Positions 18,601 through 31,575 of a stretch of DNA of 64,000 nucleotides are shown in pieces. The stretch is from assembly GCA_046563655.1 (NCBI GenBank), contig CM102286.1, positions 13,454,001 through 13,518,000 on the forward strand, given 5' to 3'. Both the position numbers and the translations under genes were made by a program. Each line of letters starts with the position of its first letter. Within the stretch, counting starts at the first letter, position 1. This DNA comes from Yuukianura sp. NJ FZ-2021 (Eukaryota). A model generated the notes under the pieces. It made no database searches, was not told the origin of the DNA, and saw only the letters and a program-made list of their open reading frames with translations.

Positions 18601-21600
18601 TTCTGCGTCCAAAAATTTCTTCCATTTTTTGGTGTGCAGTTTCCGCACTAGCAAATTGAACTGCTACTTTTTTTTTCTTTTTTGAAAAACCGTATTTTGG
18701 TTTTTACAAAAGACATTTTTTTCTTTTGTTTTTTATTGTTTTCTTATTCATATGATATCTGTAACACGTTACCACGTTAGGCAGCGGTGAAATTAACCGC
18801 GGCGGCGTGTGGGAAGGCCGTTGTTGGAGGGAATAAATAAGGTTATTTGAAATCGGAAATTCAATTGCTGATTAGATCCCTTGGGAATCTCTTTTTCCAT
18901 GATCGTTTTTGATTTAGTTGTAAAAAAGTTCCAATCAAAAGGGCTCCCCCTTACAGAGGGTACTTGGCAGGAAATAAAAAGAGAAAGCCTTAAGCCTTGT
19001 CCACACTTTCCCTCTCCTTCAATTATGACCAACGAGGTGTGAGTAAAGGAACATAAAAACTACTCCTTTCACTACCACAAAGTCTTCCTATTATCTAGAA
19101 CACCAAGAATAACCTAACATAAGGAACAGCCTAACATAACCTAACTCCTACTTTCGAATAGCCTAACTTCTGTTTTCTATAATAATTCCATTTCCAACGC
19201 CAACTCAGAACGAAATGATTCCATTCCAGAAGTTTCCTTTCTCGTGTAATCAATTTATGACTTTCCTTTACACCTCACAGAAACTTTGAATTGAAATCAT
19301 GGAAATCAAAATTTCAAATTCCAACAAAACCGCACCATCAAAATCAAAAATTTCAGAATCAAATTCAAATCAAAATCAAATCTCTGTAAAGACAAAACCA
19401 CAATCAAATTATTCCGCTATGGTTTCAGACGCCGAGCTTCAAAAAATTTACTTGATTGATTTGCAACTAATAAAGTAAGCAAAATTAAATTTAAAAGTTG
19501 CTTTAATCTCTTTTTTGAAAACTGAATTTACCATTTGTTTCAAAATTTTGAAAACTATGACCAAGTAGGGAATTTTTTTTTTCAAAAATGATTTTTTGAA
19601 AATCGGAGCTACCGAGTTATGAATATTTTATGCCGTGTTTGAATTTGGAGCGGCGTGAAACAATAATTATTTTGGAGAAAGACTGTTGCACATGCGCCAT
19701 GAATTTTTTATTCATAAAAATAAAAATGATTGTTGCACTGGGGCAACTTGCGTCAAGCGGATCGCGTGTCCAGTACATTATGGTTTGGATCATAATTTGG
19801 CGCGTGGCGTTGATGCTGTTGTCTGTTTGCATTCAAGGGTGGATCACTGATTAACCACAAATAATTTGTACTTATTTCTGTTCTTTTGTACTATGGGCAG
19901 TAGCTAACGATTCAATTGCCTGATTATCAATAATAAAAGCTACAAAGACATACACTACAGCCTTACTTCAACCAGAAATGAAGTAATTTGTCAATAGAAA
20001 GTAAACATTTCCTGGACGAAGGACGCTCCACCTCCTTCTCCGGATGTCACGCTTCCATTACTCAATTGTTGTCTTTCCAGAACTTGGACAATTTAAGTTC
20101 TTTTCGTGGACATGGACATGGACAGTCGTGTAATAAAAGTTTGACCAGTCTGAACATGACATTAGTGGAAATGGAATTTTGTAAATTAACTTTGAGTTTG
20201 GGCTCCAAATTTCAAAAGTTAATGGAGTAATGGAATGGAATAAAGGAGAAAGTAAACACTTTGAATTTTACGAACTGGAACTTTTACGTTTGACTTTCTG
20301 GACAAACCGTGTCCACTCAACCCTGTCGAACTGCGTCCAGCGCGTACTGAACGATGTCACTTGAACAAAACAAAACTAAAATTTAGAATAGCACAAATTC
20401 TAACTTTTTCAAAAAGCATAACATTTTTTTTCTGTTTGGAAATCATGCTTAACTTTTAGGAGAGAGGTTGGACAAACCTTTTGAAAAAAAAAATCGTTTC
20501 TTTTTTAGCAAACCACGTGTATTTTGTTACAAAATTTGGTTAAATAATCTTGCCAACTAAAGTTACAAAAGTAGTTAAGCCGTTTTTGGAAACTGAATTT
20601 GTTTGAACAAATTGGCGTTACTCAATGTTCGTCTCATAACCAAAACTATGCTTACGGTTAAAATTGAAGTAAAAGTGAAAGTTGGTTTCACTTTCATGTT
20701 GAAAGTGGCTTTGACCTGGTCTGATCCGCCTACGACCCTGCCAATTACTGCTTAGGTCACAGAAGGATCCTTTGAAAGGACTTAAGGGGGTGTTACGCCC
20801 TTTCAATTCCACTTTCCATTCACAGGGAATTACACTTTACGTTTAAGTGGAAACTGATTCTGAGGTTTATCAATGGAGGATCAAAATCACACCGAAAAAG
20901 ATGAAAGCAAAAGATCTAATTCCGTTTGCAGTAAAACCGCAACTTCCTATTGAAATCTTCCGTCGTCCGCTTAACCCTTACAGAATAATTAACAAGAGGA
21001 CACTTTTGAATAAGATACTTGAAAGTACTAGTGAAAGACTTAATCACTACAAATTAAATGAAATCAAATGTGGTTTGAAATAGTTTGCAAATTTAAACAG
21101 CGTTTAAGAAGTATCGAAAACCACAGAAGTTCAAAGCCACGTAGTGATTTTTTGTATTGTTAGCTCTACATTTGTTAAGGGAAAGCAGATTCAATTAAAA
21201 AGTTTGGATTTGAGAATTAGTCATTGATGGTGAGAATCAGAACGGGTTTTGCCGATGCATGATGTCCAAGGTCACCAAAGGTCAAACTTTTTAAAGCTGT
21301 AGCTGTGTATAGCTTTGAGGGAGGATTTTTCATACAAGTTAAGGGAGAGTATGGCTTGATATGAGCTTGAGTCGTTGACTTTAAAGTCGTACGACGGCAA
21401 CCCCGGGTTAACGTGTTGATTTTCTCATGACCTTAGACTTGACCTCACAACACAAAGATCTTACACTAATATGTTAACCGTTTCCGTGTAAAAGCATGAC
21501 GCTATGAATTCATGCTGAGGAATATTAACAATTCCATCTGGATTTCTCCCTTCTGTCCTTGTTATATTTTTTGTGTAATGTTAAGAGCACGGGAGCACAA

Positions 21601-22358
21601 CAAGGTACCTGTGGAGAGTGGTGCAGAGTGACTCCAAAGTCTGACGTTTATTACTACGACTCGAGACGGAGTCGAACGACCATCCCCCGACGACTGCAGG
21701 TCAACAACAACGCAGAAAACAAAAGGAAGGGCAAGGAACTTGCAACGGATACGCCATAATATTTACATTCACGCTCAGCTGGAAGGAATATGACAACAAA
21801 TACTCCATAAAACACTGGATCGTCTGGAACATATTACAGTGAATCACTCATCGTTGTAGACTGAGCAGCTATACATTTCAGGTATGGTTAATTTCTAGTC
21901 TGCTATGAATAGTCTACCAGATGGGAAACATAAAGTTATGGAAGGTAATGGTTTGGTAGTGGCACATGTTTAACATAGTAACGCCATTTCCTGAATTGGG
22001 TGTGCAGGTCATTAAGGGAGTTTCATGGTCATGATATTCATTAAGTACTGCTGGAATTGAATATTACTGTGAGATTACATTGGGCAAGAACAAAGACTAA
22101 TCTGGATTTGTTAATTTTACCTTCCAGGTTGCGAAATTCCATCTTGCGACATTTGGACTTCTTCGTGTGAACAAGGTCACCGTAAACTCTCAACTTCTGG
22201 AACTCTGTAACTCCGCATAAATCAGCCAATCACGACACAGATAGCAACAGTACCTGCCGAAGGTCGCTGATTGTTTCAATTTGTGCTGCTTCTGATTGAG
22301 GAAGGAAGATTAAGCTAAGCTGTGAAACAAGACATCACCACAAACTAAATTCCGAAAT

Positions 22359-23393
22359 ATGGGTTCAAGCGCAACTGAAGCGAGACTGGGTACGTTAAGA
22401 TAGGTTTCCAACTTTTAATATTTGTACTTAAATTGTTAGTTTTTAATCTGAACTGGTTGTCATTTGTGTAGAAGTAATTCAACACTTTGAAAAAAGCACA
22501 ACTTCGTATAACAACGGGGAAGAGAATGGAATCAACATCTTGGTGACAGGCTTTGGTCCATTTCGGGACCATATAGTCAACGCCTCCTGGGAAGCCGTGA
22601 AACTCATCAATCCTGATGGAATTCCTTGGCCAGCCAACGTACCTCGCGGAACGCCTCTTAATCTCACGTTTTGCCAACTGGAGGTGGCCTACACCACGGT
22701 TTGCAAGCACGTTCCGGATATGTGGGCGAAGAATAAGCCTCACGTAACTATTTCAAACTTTTGACCTTTGACTTTTCATTCCTAACGTGTTGAATAATTT
22801 GGTTCCAGTTGACTGTACACGTTGGAGTTTCTGGAACAGTGAAAGCCATTACGCTGGAACAATACGCGCATAACATTGGTTACTGCTCTCCAGACGTTCG
22901 AAACCGCGTTCCAGATAACAATGTATGTGTCAAAGGTGGCTACGAGATACTCCAATCTGGATTTAATATGGGCGATATTGTCAACAAACTGAACGTGGCC
23001 AGCCTAACGACTGGAGTCCGCGCTGACCTTTCTCATGACCCTGGAAGGTAAACTTTCACAATTCACACGGGAAAATAAAAATACTTATTTATAATAAACA
23101 AAATTTTATGTGGGAAATCAGTTCTAATAAATTCATTTTGTTGCAGATTCCTGTGTGATTTCACTTACTACAGGTATTAAGTTCTACCGATTTTCAAATT
23201 TTTAAAACACAAAGGTTATTTGACAGTTCTTGTTTTGTTGCACAGATCACTGAGCATTAATAAGGACAGAACTGCTTTCATCCATGTTCCGCCTGTACGC
23301 AAACCTTACACGGCAGACGAAATGGCAGCAGCCATTGCCCTCTGCATTTCTGAATTTTTGCGTCAATTGCAAGAGAAGGGAATGCTACTCTAA
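22359..23393 (+). CDS. PGPEP1: Pyroglutamyl-peptidase I (C15 cysteine peptidase)
   Basis: ILVTGFGPF..NASWEAV; VHVGVSG..ITLE; GRFLCDFTYY (catalytic Cys, in the 27-nt exon 23147-23173); AFIHVPP (catalytic His). Five exons splice in frame; TAA 23391-23393. Confidence 0.93.
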
Positions 23394-24406
23394 AGCAGAA
23401 CTGCGGACAATTTTGGAAATTAACAATCAAGCATTCTAGACTTAGCCTTTATAATTTTATATATCTAAGTTAGGAGACAAGTTTTTAATTGTTACTGTTG
23501 ACATTTGACATCCCATGAGCCCATGGACCTGCACAAGAAATTACAAGTTCTGGAATTCGGATTTAGCAGAAGTTTTCCCGTAGAACGACTCGTCTTAAAC
23601 CAAATTCTCCCGAATTTTGGCCAAAAACTGCTGAAAGTGACGAATACCGAGTTAGCTAAAGTTTAAAACAATTAATCACAAAATTAGGAGTGATATTGAC
23701 CTTACATATTTAGACTCTGGGTTAAGATTAATTCTAGTTCGTATTTCCCAAAGGTCAAAGGTGGTAGTTAATTAACTTGACTTGTTATTGAATTATAGTT
23801 AAGTTTGACTAAATTTATATAATGTTAATAGATTTAAGTAATCCAGGGACACTAACTAATAAGTTAGCAGTATAAATCAAGAGTAACATAATTAATTACT
23901 AATTACTAAATCAGCCTCATGTCATCGTGATTAAGTTATTCCAGTTTGTCCATTGTGGATAAACATCTACACTAGAATCGACTCATAGTATTTAATTAGT
24001 TGTGAATTAATTTAGATATATTTAGACTAAAATTTATTTAGAATGTTATGTGTATCATTTTTCTCATATGTATTTAAACTGTGATTACGATTATGCTCTG
24101 TAGGTGATACTAAGGTAGAGGCAATATTGTTAATTGAACATTAAAAATTAAGTTGCTATGACCTAATATGTCACCCCTTGTTATGCTACTCCTTTGTCTC
24201 CCAGGAATGAGATACGACCAATACGGCAGCAGTTAAGATGGAGGTCAGCAGTTTAAGTAGGATTACTTAATTAACTTGCTAATTTCTACCAGGATTAATT
24301 AATTAGTCAGATTAATTCAAGTAAAAATAAATCCGAACAAATCTCATAGTTCTTCCTCCCAAAAACTGAGAAATGTCATTGCAAAACTTTTCTCAATTTA
24401 TTAGGC

Positions 24407-24420
24407 GTCTCCATAGCAAC
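24407..24420. promoter_or_regulatory. RFX X-box upstream of CFAP91
   Basis: GTCTCCATAGCAAC matches the X-box consensus and lies ~155 bp upstream of the ATG of a ciliary gene. Confidence 0.75.
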
Positions 24421-24573
24421 TGTCACTACATCGACCAATCACGCTTCTTGTTTGTTTACTATTGATTTGCATTTTTGCAAAAATTTTATATGAGGCTCTT
24501 CATCTTCTGAAAACGACGCGACGTGACTTGCCAAAGTTGTCGCTCTAACTACTAAACTTTTCTTAGTACAAAA

Positions 24574-27500
24574 ATGGACTTCGGTTTTCGTCCGGAGCGA
24601 CGTTTCGTTCGCGAATCTCGTCCGTTGGACTATGTTTATGGTAAAGCAAGTACAATTAACTAATTGGTTATAATAATTAGGTTTAATTAAATACTTTAAC
24701 ATGAAAATTATACATTTCTGTTTGACAGATCATGTCTACACAACTTCCAGCAGAAAGGACTTCTGCAATGCAGCATTACTTGGATCTCGTGCATTCGCGG
24801 ATGTTGTAAGCCTACTACGTAAAATTCATCTTTAGCTGTTTTTAGTTCTTTTTTTTTTAATTCAGTCGCCATTTTGTTTTGCTTTTTTTAGAAACTGCGA
24901 CCTATTTATCGTTCTATGTTCAGTGAACTGCGAAGGGACAGACGATTTCAGGCTTGTTTGGTGGACAAAATCCCTGGTCTAACGCAAAACTTTCTTCCGC
25001 CTTGTAATGAGGATGGGTAACATAAAAATTTTGAAACCATTTTCATAAAAACGATTTCAAAATTTTTTCAAATTTCCCTTTTCTTCAAATGTTCAGAGAG
25101 CCCACCGTGCCACATTCTGGACAACGAGAACTGGAACCCACCGGAGCAGATCGCGCCATATTTGCACTGCGGTAAGATCACGAACTAAAAAAAAACTTAG
25201 ATTTTTTCTCAGTTCAAATTTTAAAAATTCGACAAATCCCGACAGAATTTTAAAAAATCGATGATTTTTTTAGGTATGCATCTGATGTACATTATAAACT
25301 GGCTCGTCCCGTTCCTCCCTTTGACATGGACGGAGAAATGTACGAAGCCAAGAAAGCTGGAGCCGCTGTCACAGCTCTGCATGTCACGCGAGGTCAACAG
25401 ACAGATTACCGTGAATCCGAAACACAAACAGATCCATACTCTCCGCCTTACAAAGTTCATGAAGATGAACCTTATCCTCGTGTACTGGCTCTCATTAACT
25501 TAACATGGGGTAAATTATTCACAAAATTACTAAATAACTTTAGTAAATTCTCCATTGACCTTTGACCTTTCTTTAGGAAAAGGCCTCCCAGCAACTCTAG
25601 ATGATATTGTAACTATTCAGCGAGCTCTGACTCGACGGGCGGCAGAATTGGCCAAGATCACTGTAGATGATGAGTCTGAACTTCTGAAGCATTCCAAGGT
25701 CATGGAGGAGCTGGAAGCCCATCTTTGGGCTGACAGGGAGAAAGAGCTGTACAAAATCATGGAACGAAAGCGCGAAGTTATGAAAAAAATGCGACTCGAA
25801 CTTCAACTGAAAATTGCAAATTTGAATTCCACAAAACTGGCCAACGTTTATGAAACTGAGAAGAGGAAGAATTCTGTGCTCCTTGGACGCATTCGTCAAA
25901 AATATCTAAGGGGTATGATGACTGACAATTTTTAGTTTCAAAATTTTCAAAAATTTTCAAATTTAAAAAAAAATTCAGACTTACGAAACCTGGAGAGAAA
26001 ATACTGTAAACGAGAAGCTGGATCTCGAGTTGAGGCGTATCTTCGTGAAGATGATCAAGATACACTGGAAGATTATTACTCCAGGAACAAGCGTCAAGTT
26101 CCAGAATACGAATTCCCACTGAGCAAGGATTATGAACGTAAATCTACAAAAATTACAAACCAAAATGACAAGTTTCTAAAATTTTGAATTTTGAATTTCA
26201 GTGTTTCAAAAGCTTACGACTTCGGAAAAGTTTAAGAGGGATCACCTCGATTTCAATTGTCAAGAATTCACAAAATGCATTCTGGGAACACGACAGACGA
26301 ATCGAGAGCAGCGTACCGAGAGAATGCTGGATGAAGCCTTCAGTGCATTCCGCAGTATACTGTCGAAACAATACTTTTCAATTAATCAATTCAATTAGTT
26401 AATTGTGTGATTAATTACTTTAGATCAAGCACTGAAGAAGCCTGAACCATCCGCTGCCACAATTTCAAATCGCATGAAAGGCCAAATCCGCCGTGTCCAA
26501 ACGCCAACCGTCGAGGGACCGACAATTGAAGAAGAAATGGCCAACAATGCGATCATTCTTCTACAAAAAGTCATTAGAGGAAGAGCAGTACAAACAATGG
26601 TAACATTATATCAAAGTTTGATATTCAAAATTTTTGTCAAAATTTCAAGTTTTTCTGATTTTGACCTTTGACCTTCTGAAATTTTAGATGCGAGATGAAA
26701 TCAGGGCAAACGCTTCTACTTTGGCTGACTTAAGAGGCCTTCATGAAACGGATCCGACTGGAATCAAGGCCTCGTTTGGTGAAATCGCTGCAATTAAAAT
26801 GATGCAACAGGAACGCGATGCTCAACTTGAAAGAGTGGGTGCTTATTATAAACAAAAATGAGTCCAGCGTTTTCTGAGAATGACTTTTAAAAATGCATTT
26901 TTTTTAGGAAACTGAAATTTCAGAAATTACGGATCAATTGGAAGGAGAGACGCTGGGACACCAGTTGGAATTCCTAGATAAGGAAATGATTCGACTTCAA
27001 GATGAGAGAAAGATTCATTGTTTGCTGATGCTGGGTAACTCGGCAGTATTTTCACTTCATCTTCTCTTCTGACTTTCAAAAATTTGACAAGTTTTTGAAA
27101 AAAAAATTAGCCGAAAGAGAACGCAGGATGAAGGAAGCCATTGAAGGTGGACGACGCCAACAGGAAGAAGACGAGCGTCGCAGAAACGACGAAATCTTTC
27201 GACAGGTTGTCTTAAATTTTTCAAAAATCTGCAGTTTCAAAATTTAAATTATATGAAATTTTTAAACATTTTGATTTTATGGTTTCTAGATTGTTGGAGT
27301 TCATCAAAGCACTGTGGATATTTACTTGGAAGACATGTACTTGAACTGTGTTGAGCGAACGGCCGATGCCAATGCACGAGCGCATGTGCAGAGTCTTGCA
27401 GCAACTATCAATGAAGCTGCTTACGGGGATACTCAGAAGTAAGAATTAATTACTTAAGTAATTAAATTAAATAATTAAGCAATGTTTTCAATGAATTCTT

Positions 27501-28241
27501 ACTTTTTAGTGCTCTTGAAGAAAGTGAAGAGATGACGGCAGACATTGTGCACAGCTTCCTCATGCCCGAGATGAACCGAATTTACCAGCGACAGAGAATG
27601 GATGCTGTGAATAACAGATATGTCCAAGCGGCCCACGAAGTATCCAGTTCACTTTGTACTGCGCAAGGCGTAGTTGGTCAACTCATTGACTCCTTGCACA
27701 CCGTTATTCCAACACATTTGGACCGAGGTGAAGCAGCGGTAGACGGAACACAAATTGCAGTGGACCAAATGATCAAGGAGGCTGTTGCCAAAGCGCTTCA
27801 GTCCACAACACAACACCGCGGTAACGATTCCTGGAACACGCAAAACAAAATCAAAAACTTCTAAGTTCTACTTCCTCTTATGACTTAGGAATGCTGGAAG
27901 TGTATGGAGAAGAAGACATGGGCGAATACTTACCAGAACCTGAACCTCCAATCGTAGCAGCTCATGAGGCTGAAGAACGAATCAGACGACTCCGCAAATC
28001 AGAGAAGATACCGGTAGACGTTCCTTGTCTAGAAGTTGCATTAGGAATCAAGTCCATCGAACTGGAGACTGGGACAGAAGTTGGGCCGGATGCTGTCAAC
28101 TTGATGCTGGCAGCCAAGCATGTCACTTGTACTGTCATTGACGAAGCACAGAAAGTGGTCGAACGTTGTTTTGGAGAGAGTGAAGGTGAGGAGAGGCCAG
28201 AGTCGGACGATGACGACGACGACGAGTCAAACACTGTTTGA
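24574..28241 (+). CDS. CFAP91: Cilia- and flagella-associated protein 91 (MAATS1/AAT1), multi-exon
   Basis: RPLDYVYDHVYTTSS; QTDYRESETQTDPYSPPY; LTWGKGLPA; IQ-like LLQKVIRGRAVQ; AERERRMKEAIEGGRRQQE; VHQSTVDIYLED; IVHSFLMPE. Acidic C-terminal tail to TGA 28241. Confidence 0.88.
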
Positions 28242-28601
28242 GTGACTACTCATCTAAAAAACTTAAAAATCAATTTCAAAAATAGAAAAGCCCAAAACTG
28301 TTTAACAAAAAGTAGAAATACTTCGCCACAATTTAATTGATTAGTTTCGTTCTTCACTGTCTGTCACCACACTGTCATTTGTCCACCTAAAAATACTTTT
28401 CAAAAGTAGAAACTAACATTGCGATTTGCGAGGCGAATGATTAAGTTTAAGAAAGTTTTGGTAAAGTTTAAGATATTTGTATAACGCGATTTGCGAGTTA
28501 CCTAACTAAACAACGATTACGATTGAGGAACTGCATCAAAATTAATTGGTATAAAATGAGCTAAATGCAGAGAGTTTCAAGTTACTTCCAGTCTTTAGTT
28601 T

Positions 28602-30425
28602 TTAGTAGTTCAACTGCGTAAGAAGAACGTCCGCTTCGTCATCAGATTCGTCAAATCCTTCTCCAGAAACTACGCGTTGCTCTTGTTCTAAAAAAAATGA
28701 AAAAAAAAGTTTCAATTTCGAAAAAAAATGTAGCAGTAGAGTTGTTTGTGTGCTAAAAAACAGTAAAGCAAGGTTACCGTTTTGGCTTAGTCTTTGGGAA
28801 GATGGCGGGCGTATCTCGACACTTCCGTGAGTCATGCTGGAACTGCTGGACGAAGCAATTTCAAGAGCACTAAAATCCATTTGAGTTAAAATTTCGTCTC
28901 CTGACCATTCCTCTTCATCTTGCTCTTCTTTTAATCCAAAAGTAGAATTGTTTTGGGTGGGTTCCGGCTCCTCCTCTTCGTCCTCAGCAAACAGTCGCCT
29001 GCGACCATGAAAGCTATCTACGAAAGTTGAGCTGAAACTGTCAAACGATGTTGATGCCCTGTTGTTCCTTGGTGTCTCTGCCACACAGTCACTTGATCCT
29101 GGGGTCACGTCAGAATCAAAGTCTGACATCCTCGAGCGTTTTGGAGGCGTAACTTCTCCGTGAGCTTCGAGTTTGTTTGTCATCAATCTTTTCTTAATTC
29201 GGTCTGACAGGATGACCGGACTTGGAGAATACTCGGCTATGAAAGATCCATTTAAATCGCTTCCTGTATCTCCGTCAGGGTTTGGATGAGAAACACCCAA
29301 CTCCTCTCGTTCATCTGCGATAAACAGTATAGAATGAAATTGAAGTTAGAAACAGGACAAATTGATACATGACGGCAAATAACTTACGGTGTCGCTCGTT
29401 TTCTTTCTTACTCATTTGTTGCAGTGTAGCATTCATACGCTCCAATTCGACTTTTTTCTGGTGATTGTGTGCTTTAGATGCTTCCTTCCTTGGTGAAGTT
29501 TGATCATGTTCATCATAGGTGCGAAGGGATGATACGGTAGCAACAGGAGTCGGAGGCAATGGCGACACTATAATAATAAGTACAAATAGGTGGGTTCGAA
29601 TTCGAAGTAGTTTATCTAAAAAAAAAGTACTTACGATCTTCTACAGCGAATGGAGCCGGAGGTTTAAATGTGTCATAAACGAGTCCGGTTTCCCCATTAT
29701 CCGTAACTGGCTGGCGACATGCCTTTCGAATAACTGATGGGTCGATGTTGTTGGCTTTGCAATAAGTTGTAAAAGTCATGCCATCCAAAGACTTATCTGT
29801 TTCAATGTACAGTGGAATTAGGTAATAAATAATAATGTATAATTACAAATCCCAAAGCTATTTGTAATTTGTAGATCGAATGATTCTTAAAAACCTTACG
29901 TCCAGCCACTTCCCCATCGTTACAGTAATCCATTGCCCTTCCACTACTACCGTCTACAACATCAATGTCCGCATTTCTTGGTCGCTGGAGTGACTCAGGG
30001 CCAGTTGACCTTGAGGACGATGGTGGCAGCCGCTCATTCGTGGAAGCTGTAAAAAAAGTTATGCATTTTACTTCTAATTTCATTCAGAGCAACGCATTCC
30101 GCAAATCTAAAAAAAACTTACCAACTTGTGGCCCGGGTCCGGACTTAGTCGGAATTCGAGCCCTAGCCTTTCCAATATTTTTAGTGACCTTAGTTTGACT
30201 TCTATTATGAGTATTTTTAATTTTATCATCTGTAGGGTCTGGAATGACGAGGTTGCGGTTATAGTCTTGGTCTCCGCTAACGTTCCGGTTGCCGGGTAAA
30301 GACCGGGCGGGTCCCTGCCCCACTGGAGTGCTTGTTAGCGGCCTTGAACCAAGGTTAGGAGAAGACTGCACCTTCCTTTCGCCGCCTCCCACTGCCAATG
30401 GCTTGAAACGTTTAGGCCCAGGCAT
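28602..30425 (-). CDS. Uncharacterised, largely disordered S/T/P- and acid-rich protein (~6 exons)
   Basis: ORFs 30084-30425, 29802-30083, 29311-29568 and 28602-29300 plus an exon near 29636-29797 join in frame through GT-AG introns. No family recognised. Confidence 0.7.
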
Positions 30426-31575
30426 TATGGAATTGGTGATGATGATTATGCTTTAGCACCTTTAATTTATAAACAAATTGCAAAATTAAGACCTGAATCT
30501 TGAATCATCGAATCGTCATTTGGTTTAGTATTATAAAGTGGTCAGAATAAAGAACCTACTCACCTCACAGTTCAGTGAACAACAGCCAGTAATTCAATCC
30601 AAGTTATAAAATTAAAATCACGATTTCAACAATCACAATTTCGCTATCAAAAAGTAAAAAAAAATCCTAAAAACCCGAACAGGTTACATTGAACAGGACT
30701 GAGAGACAGCTGACATAATTCTACTGGGTAGATTAACCAGTTCACATGCTTTACCACTAAAAATCAATCTGTGACGACGCCGACTCCAGTTACGACAATT
30801 AACAGGTCAACAACGTTAACTTTCCTTTGTTCCGAATCAGCCCAAATTGTAAAAAAAAAAAATTCATCGCGGCGCCAGATTTGGTTTCTGTAAAACACTT
30901 CCCGGTCTACATACATTGGGCACAAAACTGATTACATAAAGGGGTAACAGCTGATTACTAAATTCTTCCTGCAAAGAGGATTTTACATTATGGGATTATG
31001 CCATTAAACTAGCACTACTTTCAAGCAATTAATGAGTTAGATGAATAATTAAGTTAATCTTAGCATACGGTTAGTGTTAATTACAATTAACATTAATAAA
31101 AAAATTTATATTATTGCCCGTGTACGATGAGTAGGGAGAGACGGAGGCTAAGCAGAAACCCTTTGTGAGACGCATAGTTCCAATTATTTCCCGCCGTAAA
31201 GTTTAAATTTAGAAATGGCAAAAACAATATCTATAATAACAATTTATTCAAGGTTTGTTTCTATTTTCAGTTAAAAAATTAATATATTTCATTAAATTTA
31301 ATAATTTAATTAATTTATGATTTTGCTTTGTTTCATAGAGTCAACCCTGGAACGAGTAACTCATGCGCCTGTTATTGATACGTAGCTCCCGTTGCATGGA
31401 CTGAAAACAGACTAACAACTAAAGTGTGAAATCAGCTGATCGGTTATGTTCGGTGGATGAAACTGACAGGTAAAGGTAAGTTAGACATCGACTGTACAAC
31501 TTTTGGAATTATTTTACGGTAACAATTCATTGTTGCGTTTCTTTCAACAGGGTTCATAAATTCTGTTCGGTCAAG

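Noticed and set aside
13156..21083. Numerous 60-90-aa ORFs in the SKOR downstream region
   Set aside because: Low-complexity F/K/L-rich translations typical of AT-rich non-coding DNA.
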